From Giardia intestinalis (taxonomy: Eukaryota), in assembly GCA_000002435.2 (NCBI GenBank), contig CM018793.1: 64,000 nucleotides of DNA, one strand, 5' to 3'. The notes beneath the pieces were generated by a model. That model worked only from the letters and a program-made list of their open reading frames with translations, did no database searches and was not told the origin of the DNA. Shown here piece after piece: positions 41,701-52,338 of the stretch (within the stretch, counting starts at the first letter, position 1; each line of letters begins with the position of its first letter). The translations under genes were made by a program, and so were the position numbers.

Positions 41701-42043
41701 CATATGTTAACCCTATTAGCGAGACAGTGGTATTGCCCCTTTCTAGACAGTATCGATATATAGTTGCAATAATGATATAGAGAGCCCCATCGGCGGCTAC
41801 GTCAAAGAACAGGTAACGAGGAAACTTAGGAGCAAAGCGCGTCGACTCGGGGGAGTAAAAGCTAAGGAAGCGCTCCATCATAGAGCTAAAGTAATATACT
41901 AACTCCACAATCCGCGTAACGGATAACAGGCCGGCAGCCTCAACCAGCTCTTTACGGAGCGCACGGAGGAGATTGCCAAGCGTGCCTTTTAAGTATCCAT
42001 TCCAGTCGTCTAGCTTAAGAGCAGTTAATAGTCTAAAGCTCAT
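38750..42043 (-). CDS. Hypothetical nuclear-type protein with C-terminal SWIRM-like, ZZ-type zinc-finger-like and SANT/Myb-like segments
   Basis: SWIRM-like: YITTRNIIIAAWRCRPHIYLTLDACKSVIQQDYTYIWCIHEYLERRRIIN. ZZ-like: CGECKNYTQTEHYNLSVSRHYPHGRFVCEPCF. SANT-like: KWTTIEQFVLLNTVRRVVAENRGFFGVFDYVSKQLNRPPEICLQAYL. ATG at 42043 (MSFRLL) with TTTCAAAAAATG initiator; the track start at 42097 is TTG. Confidence 0.45.
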   Translation of the reverse strand: MSFRLLTALKLDDWNGYLKGTLGNLLRALRKELVEAAGLLSVTRIVELVYYFSSMMERFLSFYSPESTRFAPKFPRYLFFDVAADGALYIIIATIYRYCLERGNTTVSLIGLTYEDFKELYLRVYDLLLERGVLDVPKIHLSEDLNGLKKDLTESIIALRGEVIYIPEDSTCSIRLQPKNVFCPSIPSEFLTYKRKILSSQLSNEPISSTSLAFVVDKGDSPVIDLLSIPTTNNFFLRMVEPPEGNKKQGDTLVHVRCTPHDYDFIMRSRDLQAIRSKQIGASAAASLIIDEYPPSAFLRPKITMEQQTVGLYISDERKGPILVPPQYVTDSIFFNEWMDPYDYVNSVQEAKISMTQLGLAADQLGITERSASKRAQRLTTTKPVSTVPADPSLSMNAPPFQHQSSGLQVERSGPQNTVTLAQNIEALLQKINQIALTPSGATPSMQQMQRQSAGHVTLSAGVHQQQPHQTPGQSYLVAAANQSKHPVPTIGRGPTLHHAQYRGSHLTVHGQPTILRGFEMVIGSVVVHGNTIVLIPNASKVEYSTQRYSSPDALREFGLLLAGIPVCENPTPLFSDMLKSRMVGRPRREDFNVQTLMLTAKMRRFLEYGDSGSSLLNIYVKYNQNKRSTVTINIQELCASMRGHPIPIIWHRRVDPLFSTNISLLYHSMKLTNSYSTHLNETLKLLKSRNSNQMSTHTQSFHNFDFLLDNQPAASARPKQSASNVQANTKSRVDEQDNLTRIPLNTVMDTIHNTLLFDPHHSPIAQHACLYFDPQHNEPKGNRNSISPREQAHFAQIPGFDWQSYITTRNIIIAAWRCRPHIYLTLDACKSVIQQDYTYIWCIHEYLERRRIINEPSMVVMSTVPPLGRTFEDPLQLLIGRESIFRNYNKFVHLYCGECKNYTQTEHYNLSVSRHYPHGRFVCEPCFKKILAVRGEKTAVNYCKIDTSKESERARKEKDGSSILSKWTTIEQFVLLNTVRRVVAENRGFFGVFDYVSKQLNRPPEICLQAYLAITAKLYEPNETMSSAEVLDVYIKQLEKEILKSKEFGGVVEHLKATFSISTAEALYIAIMARAKILAQVEKSKALSELHSALWQ

Positions 42044-42195
42044 TTTTTGAAAGCTACTCAGCAGTGTGAAAGGAGTCAAAAGCAAAAAGGGTGACAACAG
42101 GCAGTGAAGTTGCCAATGCAGAACACGGTAGAACAGAGCGCAGTCATGATTCCTGCCTTCTAGCTTTGTTGGGAGAACAGAATTTAAAAATTAAA

Positions 42196-45100
42196 ATGCT
42201 GGCCGGTGAAGCAGACACCCAACAGGCTGCATCGGTGGCCGAAATGCTTCCACCAAATCTTGGAAAAATTATTAGACAGTCTCAGCAAGACACTCAAGAG
42301 AGTCGAGTCCGGTCGCGCCCAAGTTCTACTCGGCAAGGGTTTGTTGTAGCAGAGCAGCGGCTGCGCGAAAACGCTGACTATAGGGTTCTCTGTGGCATCT
42401 GCCGCAGATGGGGTGACCGTGAACACCTCAATGCTCATGACGGATTCACTCCACAGTTGAAATTGAGCGGATCTTCCGGCTTCAATTGTCAAACGAAGAT
42501 TGGTCGCGCTCGCACCGCGCGGATGATAGAGACCATCATCCTGCACCTTCCTGTTTCTCTGACCGAGTGCTTGAGCATTTGCCATGACTCAGTAGACTGG
42601 GTGGCAGGCAGGATTGCTGATAGTTGCAGGTATTTTGAGTCCTGGTTCCCAGCCAGCTTCATGGCACTAATCAACGAAAAGGCAGAAATGATGGGCCGTG
42701 AAAAACTCCTTCTACCCCAGGACTCCCCTGAGGACGTGCGGGACGATGAGGATTGGAGTATTGACATAAATACCGGCCGTGCACAGAGCAAAAAATGGTC
42801 TAAGGAGCTGTACAGTGGAGCAAAAACACCATCTATAGATTTTTACGACGACACTGAAGATATATCTGCTAGAGATCTTCTTGCTAAATTGACTGCAGAG
42901 CAAGCCTCACAAGAACAGCAGGCCAATCAAATTGTGAAGCCACATGTATATCATCAGGCACGGTCTAGACCGGGCTTTTCATACAACTTTGTAGACAGAA
43001 CCAAGGACTTCTATTTGAACTCTCGGTGTCCACACGGAGAGGCACAGCAAATATTATCAGACGCCGCAAACGAGGCCATCTATGGAGCGCGGCAGCCGAT
43101 ACTCAACCATACACCCATGCGGCCTGCATCACAGCAGCTTACTAGGGCAGAACAAATTATTTACAAGACTGTTTACTCAAAGCCCACTCGTATCATCGAC
43201 CAGGCACCAAAAAATATCAAACCATTAACAGCCCCGTACACGTCTTCGTTGGACGCGGCGCGGCATAGGTATGAGCTATATAAAAACATACTTGCATCTG
43301 GAGACAGACAGGTCAACACAGCTGGCAGGACCTTCCGGAGTATGAATTCCTCATCGGTACGGCTGGCAGAAGAAGCCTTACACCTTAATGAGCTGGAAGC
43401 AGAAATAAAAATGAATGTCAAAGCTTATCACGAGGGCCGCGTGAGAGCCAAGTCTGTTCACGGCACTATGGTTGAAAGTCGGCGCTACGGAGCAACAGGC
43501 TTTAAAGAAGTGCAGATGGGCCGCGGTGTCGTCGTTGTTCCAGACTACTTCACTCCACAGACTCGACGACACACAAAAGCGCTGTATGAACAGTATAATA
43601 ATGAGTATGACTTTAGTACCACAGAAATAGACCAACCAGACGAGCTCCTGGACTTCAACGAAGACTTTACCGGCCTTGGAATAGCCAAACTTAACCAATC
43701 AAAGCTTCGAGCGTTGGCAGGAATCGTTACCAGTCCAAAGTATGCTGAGACGGAAGAAGGAGCTGATGGGGCCCAGGGAGATGAATCTGACAACGATCTG
43801 GAGGACAGCGACGACTCTGTGGACAAAGCCAAGAAGCGTTCTATGGGGAAGAATGGCATCTCTGCAGCCAATGCTTTCATATATCGTAAAGCCATAGCAG
43901 AGTATGTGACCTCTCAAGTTAACCTTCCTCAGTATGACAACAAGCTCCAGCCCATGATTTTCCCTCAGGATACTGAGAAGTCGGGTGCATTCTACTCCAG
44001 TCCTCAGCAGTCAATGGCCGCTGCTGGAGATCTAAAGACTAAGGATCTTCTGTCAGGAGGAAAACACGGCTTTGATCCTCGTTTGTATCAAGTACTTGAC
44101 GCATCTAAGAACATATTGAATAATGAAGATTTGCTCTTAGACAGTGACAGCGAGGATAACTTAGGTCGTCGTCCGGCGAAAGCACTCCCGGATCAGCATC
44201 TCTACGAAGACCTCTATCTTGATTCCGACCCATCCGATCCTGATGCTCCTGCTCAGGAGGACAAGATAGAGGCCCCCGAGTTATCATTTGTCCGTGAATC
44301 TGTTATACTGGAAGGAGTCAGGGACACGCTCGCCCCGATAGCAGACATCGCTAAAGATCCAAAAGGCTTGCTGATAACACCAGATCCCGTCGGCCCTCTT
44401 ATTATGAAGCAAGCAGCTAGTATGAAGGCCAAAGCCATCAAAGCAGAAGTAGCAGCTAGAGAAGAGCAGGCTGCCTTAGCAGCAAAGCTTGCACGAGAAA
44501 AGGCACGAAAGGCAGCTGAAGCTAATGAAAAGACAAAGAATTCTAAAGGTACCAAAGCACCCAAGGTTAAAAAGCAATCTCAAGGGCCAAGCGTCACAGA
44601 CACGATGTCCAAATATACAGCATCGGGAGCCCCGGTTAGCTACGAAACTATGGCGGCAGATACTTACAAAGCTGCAGCTATAGTCGAAGAGCTGGCACAG
44701 AACGCGGAGGCTGTACGGAGCCTTGCCGATGCCGAGATAGAACGATCAAAGCAGCGTGAAGAGGCTTTTGTTGAGAAACAGCGCGTAGAGATGCGGAAGA
44801 CCGCTGCTTTCAATGGTCTCACGGAGGCGTGTAAGAAGGTTGCAGAGAGAACGGGAGACCTGAACTCTATGAGGACTGCAGGCATCACGCACGTCGCCAA
44901 GGCACATCTAGGTAACACTGTCTTTTACAAGCCGGGCCTAGAGAAGTATGAGCGGCAGCGTCTGTCTGACGAAGAAGCAGAAGATAATTCAGCAATTATC
45001 ACTAAGATAGACCTGAGTCTCAAACCGTATCTTTATGATAATAGTAAGACTCTAGAAAAGCTCAGTAAAATTACTGAGATCACATCAACTCCACTTCGCA

Positions 45101-46188
45101 AAGAAGACGATGGAACTGTGCCCCTGTTCGAACGAACGTATCAGCCCATCAACGCTGCATCCCGCAAGCCAGGGTGCACGGACATGACTCTGCCATATAT
45201 AGAGCAGCCTACAAGTGCGCCATCCTTATTTCAACGGACGATGATGGGTCGGCATCTCAGTGGCATGCAGTTTAAAGAAGACATGTATGACTACACCGAG
45301 TCCGGTTGTGCTCCGCCGTTTGCACCCGATATCGGCTCAGTAGCCTCGACCGTCACCGCTGAAGTCAGCGCACGAAATGCCCAGAGGACCAAGCCCCTCC
45401 CGCAACCAAATCGGAAAGAGATACGTACTTTCTTTGATGACCGTGCCATCAACACTGCCAATCCACAAACACAAGTATTTAAGATGCAAAGCATTGAGAC
45501 AGACTCAAGTCTGAAAGTGGACGGGGCAGTAGCTTCTGCACAAAACATCGCCTCCTTATTCACTCTCAACACAGACAAAAGCCAGAAGCTGAACGCTGCT
45601 TTAGTAAAGCGTGACTTGGCACGAAGGAATGCTGATGCCAAGGTTATGAGCTCAAGTGGACTTGATGAGTCTACCCTGCCAGACATAGACCTTGGCGCCG
45701 ATAAAGCAGCAGCTCTCAGTACAGCATCTCCCTCAAGGCTAGATGGCGACTCTGCTGTCACTGAGCAGATGACCCCCCTGATTGCACAGGCGGATAGAAC
45801 TGTTGCTTTGGCTGGAATGACAAGATCTGTCATATCTGAGTATAAGAGCCATGCATCTGAGTTCCAGCAGGAGCGATTAGCCAGCTCAGTGTTTGGTAGA
45901 CCCGCCGTGTTACCAAGTATGTCTTTGATTGGCAGGGAGTTAGCACGTGTCAAGGACAATAACCTACTGAAAGATCTTCAGCAAGCGAATATTTCTGTAA
46001 TCCCTTCACGGAATGCGACCGTCCCTGCTCTTACACAGCGCGATAACAATCCGACGCTGGTCAACATTGCATCCATAATGTCCCGAATGAACACGGATCC
46101 ATGTCCTCGAGAGATCACCAAGAAAGAAAAGAAAGGAAAAAAGAGCAAGAAGGGTAAGAAGGGCACGAAAGGAAGTAATAAGAAGTAG
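42196..46188 (+). CDS. Hypothetical low-complexity protein with polybasic C-terminal tail
   Basis: Long ORF, ATG at 42196 with AATTTAAAAATTAAAATG initiator. Contains acidic and coiled-coil-like stretches. The extreme C-terminus is KKEKKGKKSKKGKKGTKGSNKK. No recognisable domain. Confidence 0.45.
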   Translation: MLAGEADTQQAASVAEMLPPNLGKIIRQSQQDTQESRVRSRPSSTRQGFVVAEQRLRENADYRVLCGICRRWGDREHLNAHDGFTPQLKLSGSSGFNCQTKIGRARTARMIETIILHLPVSLTECLSICHDSVDWVAGRIADSCRYFESWFPASFMALINEKAEMMGREKLLLPQDSPEDVRDDEDWSIDINTGRAQSKKWSKELYSGAKTPSIDFYDDTEDISARDLLAKLTAEQASQEQQANQIVKPHVYHQARSRPGFSYNFVDRTKDFYLNSRCPHGEAQQILSDAANEAIYGARQPILNHTPMRPASQQLTRAEQIIYKTVYSKPTRIIDQAPKNIKPLTAPYTSSLDAARHRYELYKNILASGDRQVNTAGRTFRSMNSSSVRLAEEALHLNELEAEIKMNVKAYHEGRVRAKSVHGTMVESRRYGATGFKEVQMGRGVVVVPDYFTPQTRRHTKALYEQYNNEYDFSTTEIDQPDELLDFNEDFTGLGIAKLNQSKLRALAGIVTSPKYAETEEGADGAQGDESDNDLEDSDDSVDKAKKRSMGKNGISAANAFIYRKAIAEYVTSQVNLPQYDNKLQPMIFPQDTEKSGAFYSSPQQSMAAAGDLKTKDLLSGGKHGFDPRLYQVLDASKNILNNEDLLLDSDSEDNLGRRPAKALPDQHLYEDLYLDSDPSDPDAPAQEDKIEAPELSFVRESVILEGVRDTLAPIADIAKDPKGLLITPDPVGPLIMKQAASMKAKAIKAEVAAREEQAALAAKLAREKARKAAEANEKTKNSKGTKAPKVKKQSQGPSVTDTMSKYTASGAPVSYETMAADTYKAAAIVEELAQNAEAVRSLADAEIERSKQREEAFVEKQRVEMRKTAAFNGLTEACKKVAERTGDLNSMRTAGITHVAKAHLGNTVFYKPGLEKYERQRLSDEEAEDNSAIITKIDLSLKPYLYDNSKTLEKLSKITEITSTPLRKEDDGTVPLFERTYQPINAASRKPGCTDMTLPYIEQPTSAPSLFQRTMMGRHLSGMQFKEDMYDYTESGCAPPFAPDIGSVASTVTAEVSARNAQRTKPLPQPNRKEIRTFFDDRAINTANPQTQVFKMQSIETDSSLKVDGAVASAQNIASLFTLNTDKSQKLNAALVKRDLARRNADAKVMSSSGLDESTLPDIDLGADKAAALSTASPSRLDGDSAVTEQMTPLIAQADRTVALAGMTRSVISEYKSHASEFQQERLASSVFGRPAVLPSMSLIGRELARVKDNNLLKDLQQANISVIPSRNATVPALTQRDNNPTLVNIASIMSRMNTDPCPREITKKEKKGKKSKKGKKGTKGSNKK

Positions 46189-46200
46189 AGCACGCCGTCT

Positions 46201-49200
46201 TTACTCATTTATTATCTGCATGAAGCTGTTCTCCAGGCGGCTCACATCAATAGACCATTCATTTGCGAGAAGACCAAAAGAATCTGCCGCACGTAATACA
46301 TCAGATAGTGCACCTTTATTCTTGAACTCAAACCGGACCTCACTGGCCCGGACATCGTCAACGAAACGAACAAGGAACTTGGAAACATCGGGGTGGCTCA
46401 CAAACTCCTTTCGCAGCTTTTCAAAGTGTTGACGAGCATCGTCGTTGCTGCTTCCCTCCAGCAACGCGGTAGAACAAATTAATGTAAACTGTACTTTGCT
46501 GAGACGGCAAATATCTGCAATTGTACCCTCAGCAATAACCTTCCCTAATTTCATGATGCAGCACCTATCTGCAAGGGCTTCTACTTCCTGCATGTCGTGT
46601 GTAGTCAGCATCATCGTGCGGCATACACTGCGACTTGCTAAAATGGCTTTCCAGATATCGTTCTTCATCCGACTGGAGAGGCCTGTGGTGATCTCATCAA
46701 GGCAAACCAAAGAGGGGGATGATACTATGACCATCGCAAGCGTGAGCCGGCGTTGAGACCCTCCGGATAACTGTGACACCTTCCTGTTCCTGTCATCGTA
46801 GAGGCTAGTCACACGAAGAACAGTCTCTATGTCCTTGATATTGGGCTTAAGATTTCTACAGGTAAAGCCAACCATAAGGCGCAAATGTTCAAGGGGCGTG
46901 AGTTCTGGCCAAAAGATATCGTCCTGTGGAACGACCGTTATATACTCTCCTTGGCGAATAGACGTGCTGAGAATGTTCTGCCGGGTAGTATTCTGATCGT
47001 TTTTAATGCACATCGCTTTTCCTTCCGTAGGTACATGGATTCCAGTGAGAGCATTCATGATCGTCGACTTCCCAGCCCCGTTAGCTCCGAGCAAGGCAAA
47101 GACTTCGTTGTGTCTGACCTCGAAGGAGACGTCCTTGACTGCGTAGTACCCGTCAGGATATCGATGAGTGACGTGCTGAACGCTTAAGTGTGGCTTCACC
47201 TCATTAGCTGCAAAATCAAGGTTTGTCACTGCGCGACTAAGTTCTTGGCTCATTATGTCTGACGCCTCCGTGTGGTGCTCCTGGGGGATCTGATGCATTT
47301 TTGGCTCTGTGGATGGGACTGGTTCCCTCTTACAGGTATGACGCTTTCTTCCTGCGTCAAGGAAGTAGACAATTATAAGGGCAACGCATAAGTGGATAAT
47401 AAAAACAACTGGACATAACCATGCACCGACAGCAGTGACATAGTCATAAACTATTGCCCTACGAATCTGATAAAGTGCATTCAATGCCGGTAGGAAAAAG
47501 CTAAACACAATGGTTAAGACTTCGTTCATCTCAAATGTTGCATGCGTGATAACTGTAATCACGACAAACACAAATGAAATGAGGATTGACGTTCGGACTG
47601 TCTTTGTAAATATCCCAATAATTATTGCGAAGATTGTTGAACTGGCAGACGCAAGCAGATACATTGCGATCAAAAGGAATATATTTCCAATCGACTTTTC
47701 CCATAACAGCTCCGGGAAGTTGGCTGAAACAATGAGCATGGCAATGAGAATGGGCACAAAGGACCAGGCAGTGTAGTAGATTAGGTGACTCAGAACCAGC
47801 TTGACCTTTGGGACGTTGTGCAACACATAGAGCCGCACTACACGCGATTCGTATTCCCTAGCGACTCTGGCTGAGATGATTGTCATCGGCACAATAACGA
47901 CAAAGGGTAGCAAATAGTTTGCACTGACATCTAAGGCGATTGTGTTGCCAATCTTCTTGCTTACAGCCAGAAACCGGGATTCAGAGTAGTAGGGCATTGG
48001 TTTTATTCTAGCGCTATATGTGAAGTTGTAGATCTCCTTATAGAATTCAGGTGACGTCAGCATTGCCGCCAGTGCTCTACGAAACAGTGCACCCGTGAGC
48101 TTCACTAACGGGTCCAGCGTGTAGATAGAGAGAGTGGGATAGGGCCTAGTTGGTAGGTAGAAGGGGAATACATTTGATGGATTGTTGTCCAGGTTTGTTG
48201 GGAAACCTGGCATGGGGTAGGTCACTGTCGTTCCATTATCAACGGATATATTAACAAGTCCTTTAACAAATGTCCAATTCTGTGTCCCAAAGGGGGGTAA
48301 TTGCGTATAGTACGTGAACTTCAACGTGTCTGGCGTTGTAGATGACAGGTCAAAGATCCCCGCTTTCAAAGACTGGAACCCCTGCTTAACCTTTGTGACT
48401 CGCACAGAAGGATTATTAAAGTCGTCTTCAGTCATGTGTATAACGGTGCTTTGCGCCGAACGGAGATCCTTCAGCATGTCTCGGAGATGTTGAGAGAATA
48501 TGAGCTGATTCTCAATATAAACAGTGTTATTCCTGTCGCCGCTGGGGCAGTTGGTCTTCACACACTTCAATGGAATAGTTGTTATTGACTGTCGTGGCAT
48601 CATAAACGCAAAAATGTTATTCCTGTCCTTCAAAGGATCGGCAACGCTTTCACTGGGGTCAGCATCAGCAAACACATGTGTCCAGTTGGCGTTCTCAAGT
48701 GGAACAAGCGTATACTGTGACTTTAGAAACTCATTTGCCAGCTTGACGCCCGTTTTATTTGTAATCACTTCACTCCACAATGGAGCAGAGCTCCCATCTA
48801 CCATTAATCCGAGCCAGCTATCCAGTTTGCCTCCTGTTACAATTCCGTAGAATGTGCGCCCAGCATACTGCATGTCCCTATCACCAAGTGGAAGAGTGCT
48901 ACTACCATCGCCCAACTGTATCTCATCGCTGCCCCACGAGTCTAATCCTGCATACTTTAGATAATTCACGCATGGTGATATCTGATTGATAGTTTGATAG
49001 GGAGCATTAAACAAAATATTCGTGTTTCTACTCATGCATTTGGCAATCGCTCCGTTGAATGAGAACTTTTGCAGGATATTCAGTTTTTGTGCTACCACGC
49101 ACGGAGCGAAACATGCCTCAAAGTATCCTGCCTTCGCCTTTGAGAGAAGCTCAGCGTTCTCCTTCAGGATTGTCTTTTTCGCCGCACTGATTCCATTAAT

Positions 49201-52137
49201 GACCACCAAGCAAAGGCAGAGGATTAACAGGAATATCACAATGAAGGAGATAAAGTACTCCTTTAAATCAATGAGAAGATTTTTGTGGAGCAGCCATCGC
49301 ATCTGATTTGGTCGGACTTTCACGGACCCTCCGTGGGTGTTATCAATAAACACATTGTCCATGTCCATGGAGCAGCTATCATCGACCAGCTTAGTAAAAA
49401 TATCATCTAGACTAGCCTTTTCTATTGCGTAATCTATTCTATATCGAATAGCCATTGCTTGGAGCATGTCGGCGATTTCACAGATGACCGCCGGGGTTAT
49501 CTTGGCATGGAGTGGAAGGGTAATGCGTACTACGTGTTCGAGATCCTTCGCTACGTATGGCTGTAGGGTCGGATCAGGATGTTCAGTAGGCCAGACAATC
49601 CTCGTCAGGCTCTCCATACACTCTTTGATAAGTGCATGCCTACTGCACCCCCAGGCCTCTAGCTGTGCGTTGCTGGTGATAGTGAGAATGATACTATAGT
49701 CACCCAACTCTGAACGAAGGCCCAATGGGGAGTTTGAGGTCATCACCTTCCCGTCCTTAACTATGACTATGTCATTGGCTAGCTCACCAATCTCGTCTGC
49801 ATCATGGGTAGTAAGAACGACTGAGCTACCACTTTCTTCCACTAATTCATGAATGTAATTCCAAATGTCTCTCTTCAACACTGGGTCAACGCCAAGTGTG
49901 ACTTCGTCCAATAGATATATTGGTGGATAGGAGACTGTTGCATTTGCCAGGGCTAGCCGTCGCAACATTCCTCCAGATAGATCCTTGGCTGCGCGCTTGT
50001 GCACAGCAGTAGAGCCCAGACCAATCTTATCTAAGGTTGATAGAACGTACTCGTCCAAAGTCTTATGCCTACTGAGAATTCGGTCCATGGTGCCTATGCT
50101 TTCAGCACGGAAGATAGCTGAGTACATCACGTTCTCCCAAACCGACAGTCCCATCCACACGTTTGTACGGTCTTGGGGACAGTATCCCACATACGGTCTA
50201 ATGTGGTATGCGTCATACTTATTTGACATATCAAATTCGCCCAGCACGATACAGGACCCGCCATTTTTATTCATAGCCAGCTCACCAGAGAGGATTTTCA
50301 TTGTTGTGGACTTCCCGCCAGCACTCGGCGCAATGACTCCTAAGATACTGTTTTCGTGGGACGACAAGGTCAACTTCTTAAGGACATGGTTTTCACTACT
50401 CTTGATAGAGCACTTTCTCCGCGTCTTGTACGTCTTTTCAAGCTCTGTTGTCTCCATGCGCACGCTTGAGACCTTAGTCAAGTCCAGCTTCTTGCGGCGG
50501 TAGAAGCTTCTTGAACAAAGAAAGTTCCATGGCAAGCCACGCCAAGCCTCTTCGGGTTTTATATGCGAAAGGAATATGCAGATGAGTGGGAAAACTATAA
50601 GAGATTGAATCAGAGATATGAGGATTAGGATCCACATGGCCGGAATGCGATAGGTCTTAGTGGCACCAAACTGCTTGCGATCCGTGGTGTAGTAGTTGTC
50701 ATAGTTTGTGGTGATGAAGCTTATGGGAATTGTGGGGTAAAGATCCTTATTGTATATTAACTCATCTCCATGCTTGGCTATCACGAGCAGATTGTCATAA
50801 AGAGCGAAGTTGGTAAGGTAAGGTGCAATTGCAACAAATATCCACGTTATCGGTGGTGGCACGAGGGCTGGACTGAACATACCAAGAAGACCTGAAAGCG
50901 TCATAAGGACAACGGTGGGTACCAGCGTAGTGCTCAGGGCTACAATAGTGGAGAGAATAAGCGAGAAGGCAGGTGTATACACGAGGTAAGTTAGGAATAG
51001 AGTGAAAGCCGATATACTCAAGGATGTCACAATAGACAGTATGAGAGGAAGCCAGCCATCAAACGCGGCAATGGGATATTGCTTGGAGAAGTACATAGTG
51101 TAAAATAGTAAGAGGGAGGACAGGAAGTCCAAGAAAAGGAGGCACAGATAGTTCGACAGCAGCACTTTAAACTCGGGAACACCCAGGCGTCTCAGTCCAG
51201 AGTGGAACGGACCTCTGAAGATAGTCCCCAGCATGGCCGACAAGACGATCATGATAGTCATTGGAACAGTATAATATATATATGATTTGTGAAACACGGC
51301 AACTGATGTGTCTACCCGGTCTGGAAGCGGTGAAAGATCGTATGAAATATCCTTTCCCAAGAGCACTTTGGCGATGGCAGAGTCTACCATCTGCTGCACT
51401 GTGTATCCAAGGCTTGTCCAGGTCTTCATCGTCCAGGAATTTGAGATCTGTCGCACAAGACGATCGTGGGCCCCGTATGCCAGCGACCCAACCATAGATT
51501 GATTGTAAAAAATTGTATATGAAATATTAGCTGTTCCATCGAATTTGTCCGGGACATCGAATCGTATGGCCAGGAAGTATGTACGGCCCGTAAGGCTCTT
51601 TGCACGTTCATTTAGTGCAGCAGGAGTCAATCCGTAAGAGTCTTTCATCAGGTTATCGACATCGCTGTCGGTAAAAATCTGGTCTGATGTCAGCTGAGCA
51701 CTGAACTGTTCTGTGCAGTTTCCAATGGTTCCACGGACCTCTGCTTCGAGCCATTCGGCAGTAAACTTTTCCAGGTCCGGCCCAGACAGCCCGACAGCGG
51801 CAATGTCCTGCTCCATATCTGCAGCGTTGGCATACGGAAGCACCTTACCTGTGATCTTCTGGGACTCGATAATAGAATTAATAATTCTATAAGTTGTCAA
51901 TGTTTTTGGACCATATGCCAAATAAACTGTATCAGCTGTACACCCCGTGAGGTCCTTGCACAAGGGCAGCGCGGGGACAGCGTACTTGGTACCCTTGCCG
52001 GGCAAAAGCGGGTAGTCAAGGCGTGAGTAAAATATCCCCCAGAGCAACAGAAACGTCAGCACGGGTGCCACGGCTAAGGTGATGACTGTTCCCATACGTG
52101 TCTTGTAGGTATGGAGAACAAACCGGGGGAACGACAT
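46201..52137 (-). CDS. Full-size ABC transporter, ABCA-like (TMD-NBD-TMD-NBD)
   Basis: Two nucleotide-binding domains are present. Walker A motifs: GVIAPSAGGKSTTMKIL and LGANGAGKSTIMNAL. Signatures: LSGGMLRRLALA and LSGGSQRRLTLA. Walker B: YLLDEVTLGVD and LVCLDEITTGLS. A large extracellular-type domain follows the first TM helix, as in ABCA transporters. ATG at 52137 with TTTTTTAAAATG initiator. Confidence 0.85.
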   Translation of the reverse strand: MSFPRFVLHTYKTRMGTVITLAVAPVLTFLLLWGIFYSRLDYPLLPGKGTKYAVPALPLCKDLTGCTADTVYLAYGPKTLTTYRIINSIIESQKITGKVLPYANAADMEQDIAAVGLSGPDLEKFTAEWLEAEVRGTIGNCTEQFSAQLTSDQIFTDSDVDNLMKDSYGLTPAALNERAKSLTGRTYFLAIRFDVPDKFDGTANISYTIFYNQSMVGSLAYGAHDRLVRQISNSWTMKTWTSLGYTVQQMVDSAIAKVLLGKDISYDLSPLPDRVDTSVAVFHKSYIYYTVPMTIMIVLSAMLGTIFRGPFHSGLRRLGVPEFKVLLSNYLCLLFLDFLSSLLLFYTMYFSKQYPIAAFDGWLPLILSIVTSLSISAFTLFLTYLVYTPAFSLILSTIVALSTTLVPTVVLMTLSGLLGMFSPALVPPPITWIFVAIAPYLTNFALYDNLLVIAKHGDELIYNKDLYPTIPISFITTNYDNYYTTDRKQFGATKTYRIPAMWILILISLIQSLIVFPLICIFLSHIKPEEAWRGLPWNFLCSRSFYRRKKLDLTKVSSVRMETTELEKTYKTRRKCSIKSSENHVLKKLTLSSHENSILGVIAPSAGGKSTTMKILSGELAMNKNGGSCIVLGEFDMSNKYDAYHIRPYVGYCPQDRTNVWMGLSVWENVMYSAIFRAESIGTMDRILSRHKTLDEYVLSTLDKIGLGSTAVHKRAAKDLSGGMLRRLALANATVSYPPIYLLDEVTLGVDPVLKRDIWNYIHELVEESGSSVVLTTHDADEIGELANDIVIVKDGKVMTSNSPLGLRSELGDYSIILTITSNAQLEAWGCSRHALIKECMESLTRIVWPTEHPDPTLQPYVAKDLEHVVRITLPLHAKITPAVICEIADMLQAMAIRYRIDYAIEKASLDDIFTKLVDDSCSMDMDNVFIDNTHGGSVKVRPNQMRWLLHKNLLIDLKEYFISFIVIFLLILCLCLVVINGISAAKKTILKENAELLSKAKAGYFEACFAPCVVAQKLNILQKFSFNGAIAKCMSRNTNILFNAPYQTINQISPCVNYLKYAGLDSWGSDEIQLGDGSSTLPLGDRDMQYAGRTFYGIVTGGKLDSWLGLMVDGSSAPLWSEVITNKTGVKLANEFLKSQYTLVPLENANWTHVFADADPSESVADPLKDRNNIFAFMMPRQSITTIPLKCVKTNCPSGDRNNTVYIENQLIFSQHLRDMLKDLRSAQSTVIHMTEDDFNNPSVRVTKVKQGFQSLKAGIFDLSSTTPDTLKFTYYTQLPPFGTQNWTFVKGLVNISVDNGTTVTYPMPGFPTNLDNNPSNVFPFYLPTRPYPTLSIYTLDPLVKLTGALFRRALAAMLTSPEFYKEIYNFTYSARIKPMPYYSESRFLAVSKKIGNTIALDVSANYLLPFVVIVPMTIISARVAREYESRVVRLYVLHNVPKVKLVLSHLIYYTAWSFVPILIAMLIVSANFPELLWEKSIGNIFLLIAMYLLASASSTIFAIIIGIFTKTVRTSILISFVFVVITVITHATFEMNEVLTIVFSFFLPALNALYQIRRAIVYDYVTAVGAWLCPVVFIIHLCVALIIVYFLDAGRKRHTCKREPVPSTEPKMHQIPQEHHTEASDIMSQELSRAVTNLDFAANEVKPHLSVQHVTHRYPDGYYAVKDVSFEVRHNEVFALLGANGAGKSTIMNALTGIHVPTEGKAMCIKNDQNTTRQNILSTSIRQGEYITVVPQDDIFWPELTPLEHLRLMVGFTCRNLKPNIKDIETVLRVTSLYDDRNRKVSQLSGGSQRRLTLAMVIVSSPSLVCLDEITTGLSSRMKNDIWKAILASRSVCRTMMLTTHDMQEVEALADRCCIMKLGKVIAEGTIADICRLSKVQFTLICSTALLEGSSNDDARQHFEKLRKEFVSHPDVSKFLVRFVDDVRASEVRFEFKNKGALSDVLRAADSFGLLANEWSIDVSRLENSFMQIINE

Positions 52138-52338
52138 TTTAAAAAAGAAAGAGATTGGCCGAGGGTAATGTTGATTAATTTTTACGATGAAATCAATTGA
52201 TCACCAGTAAACTACCGTAGAGGCTCTTTCAGCAAGCCGGATAATAGGGATTGCCCATGAAACAAGCAATCTGGCGGACTGGAGCGGTTAGAATTAGGCA
52301 ATTCAAATCAATTTACTAGGCCTATTATGTTGATCACA

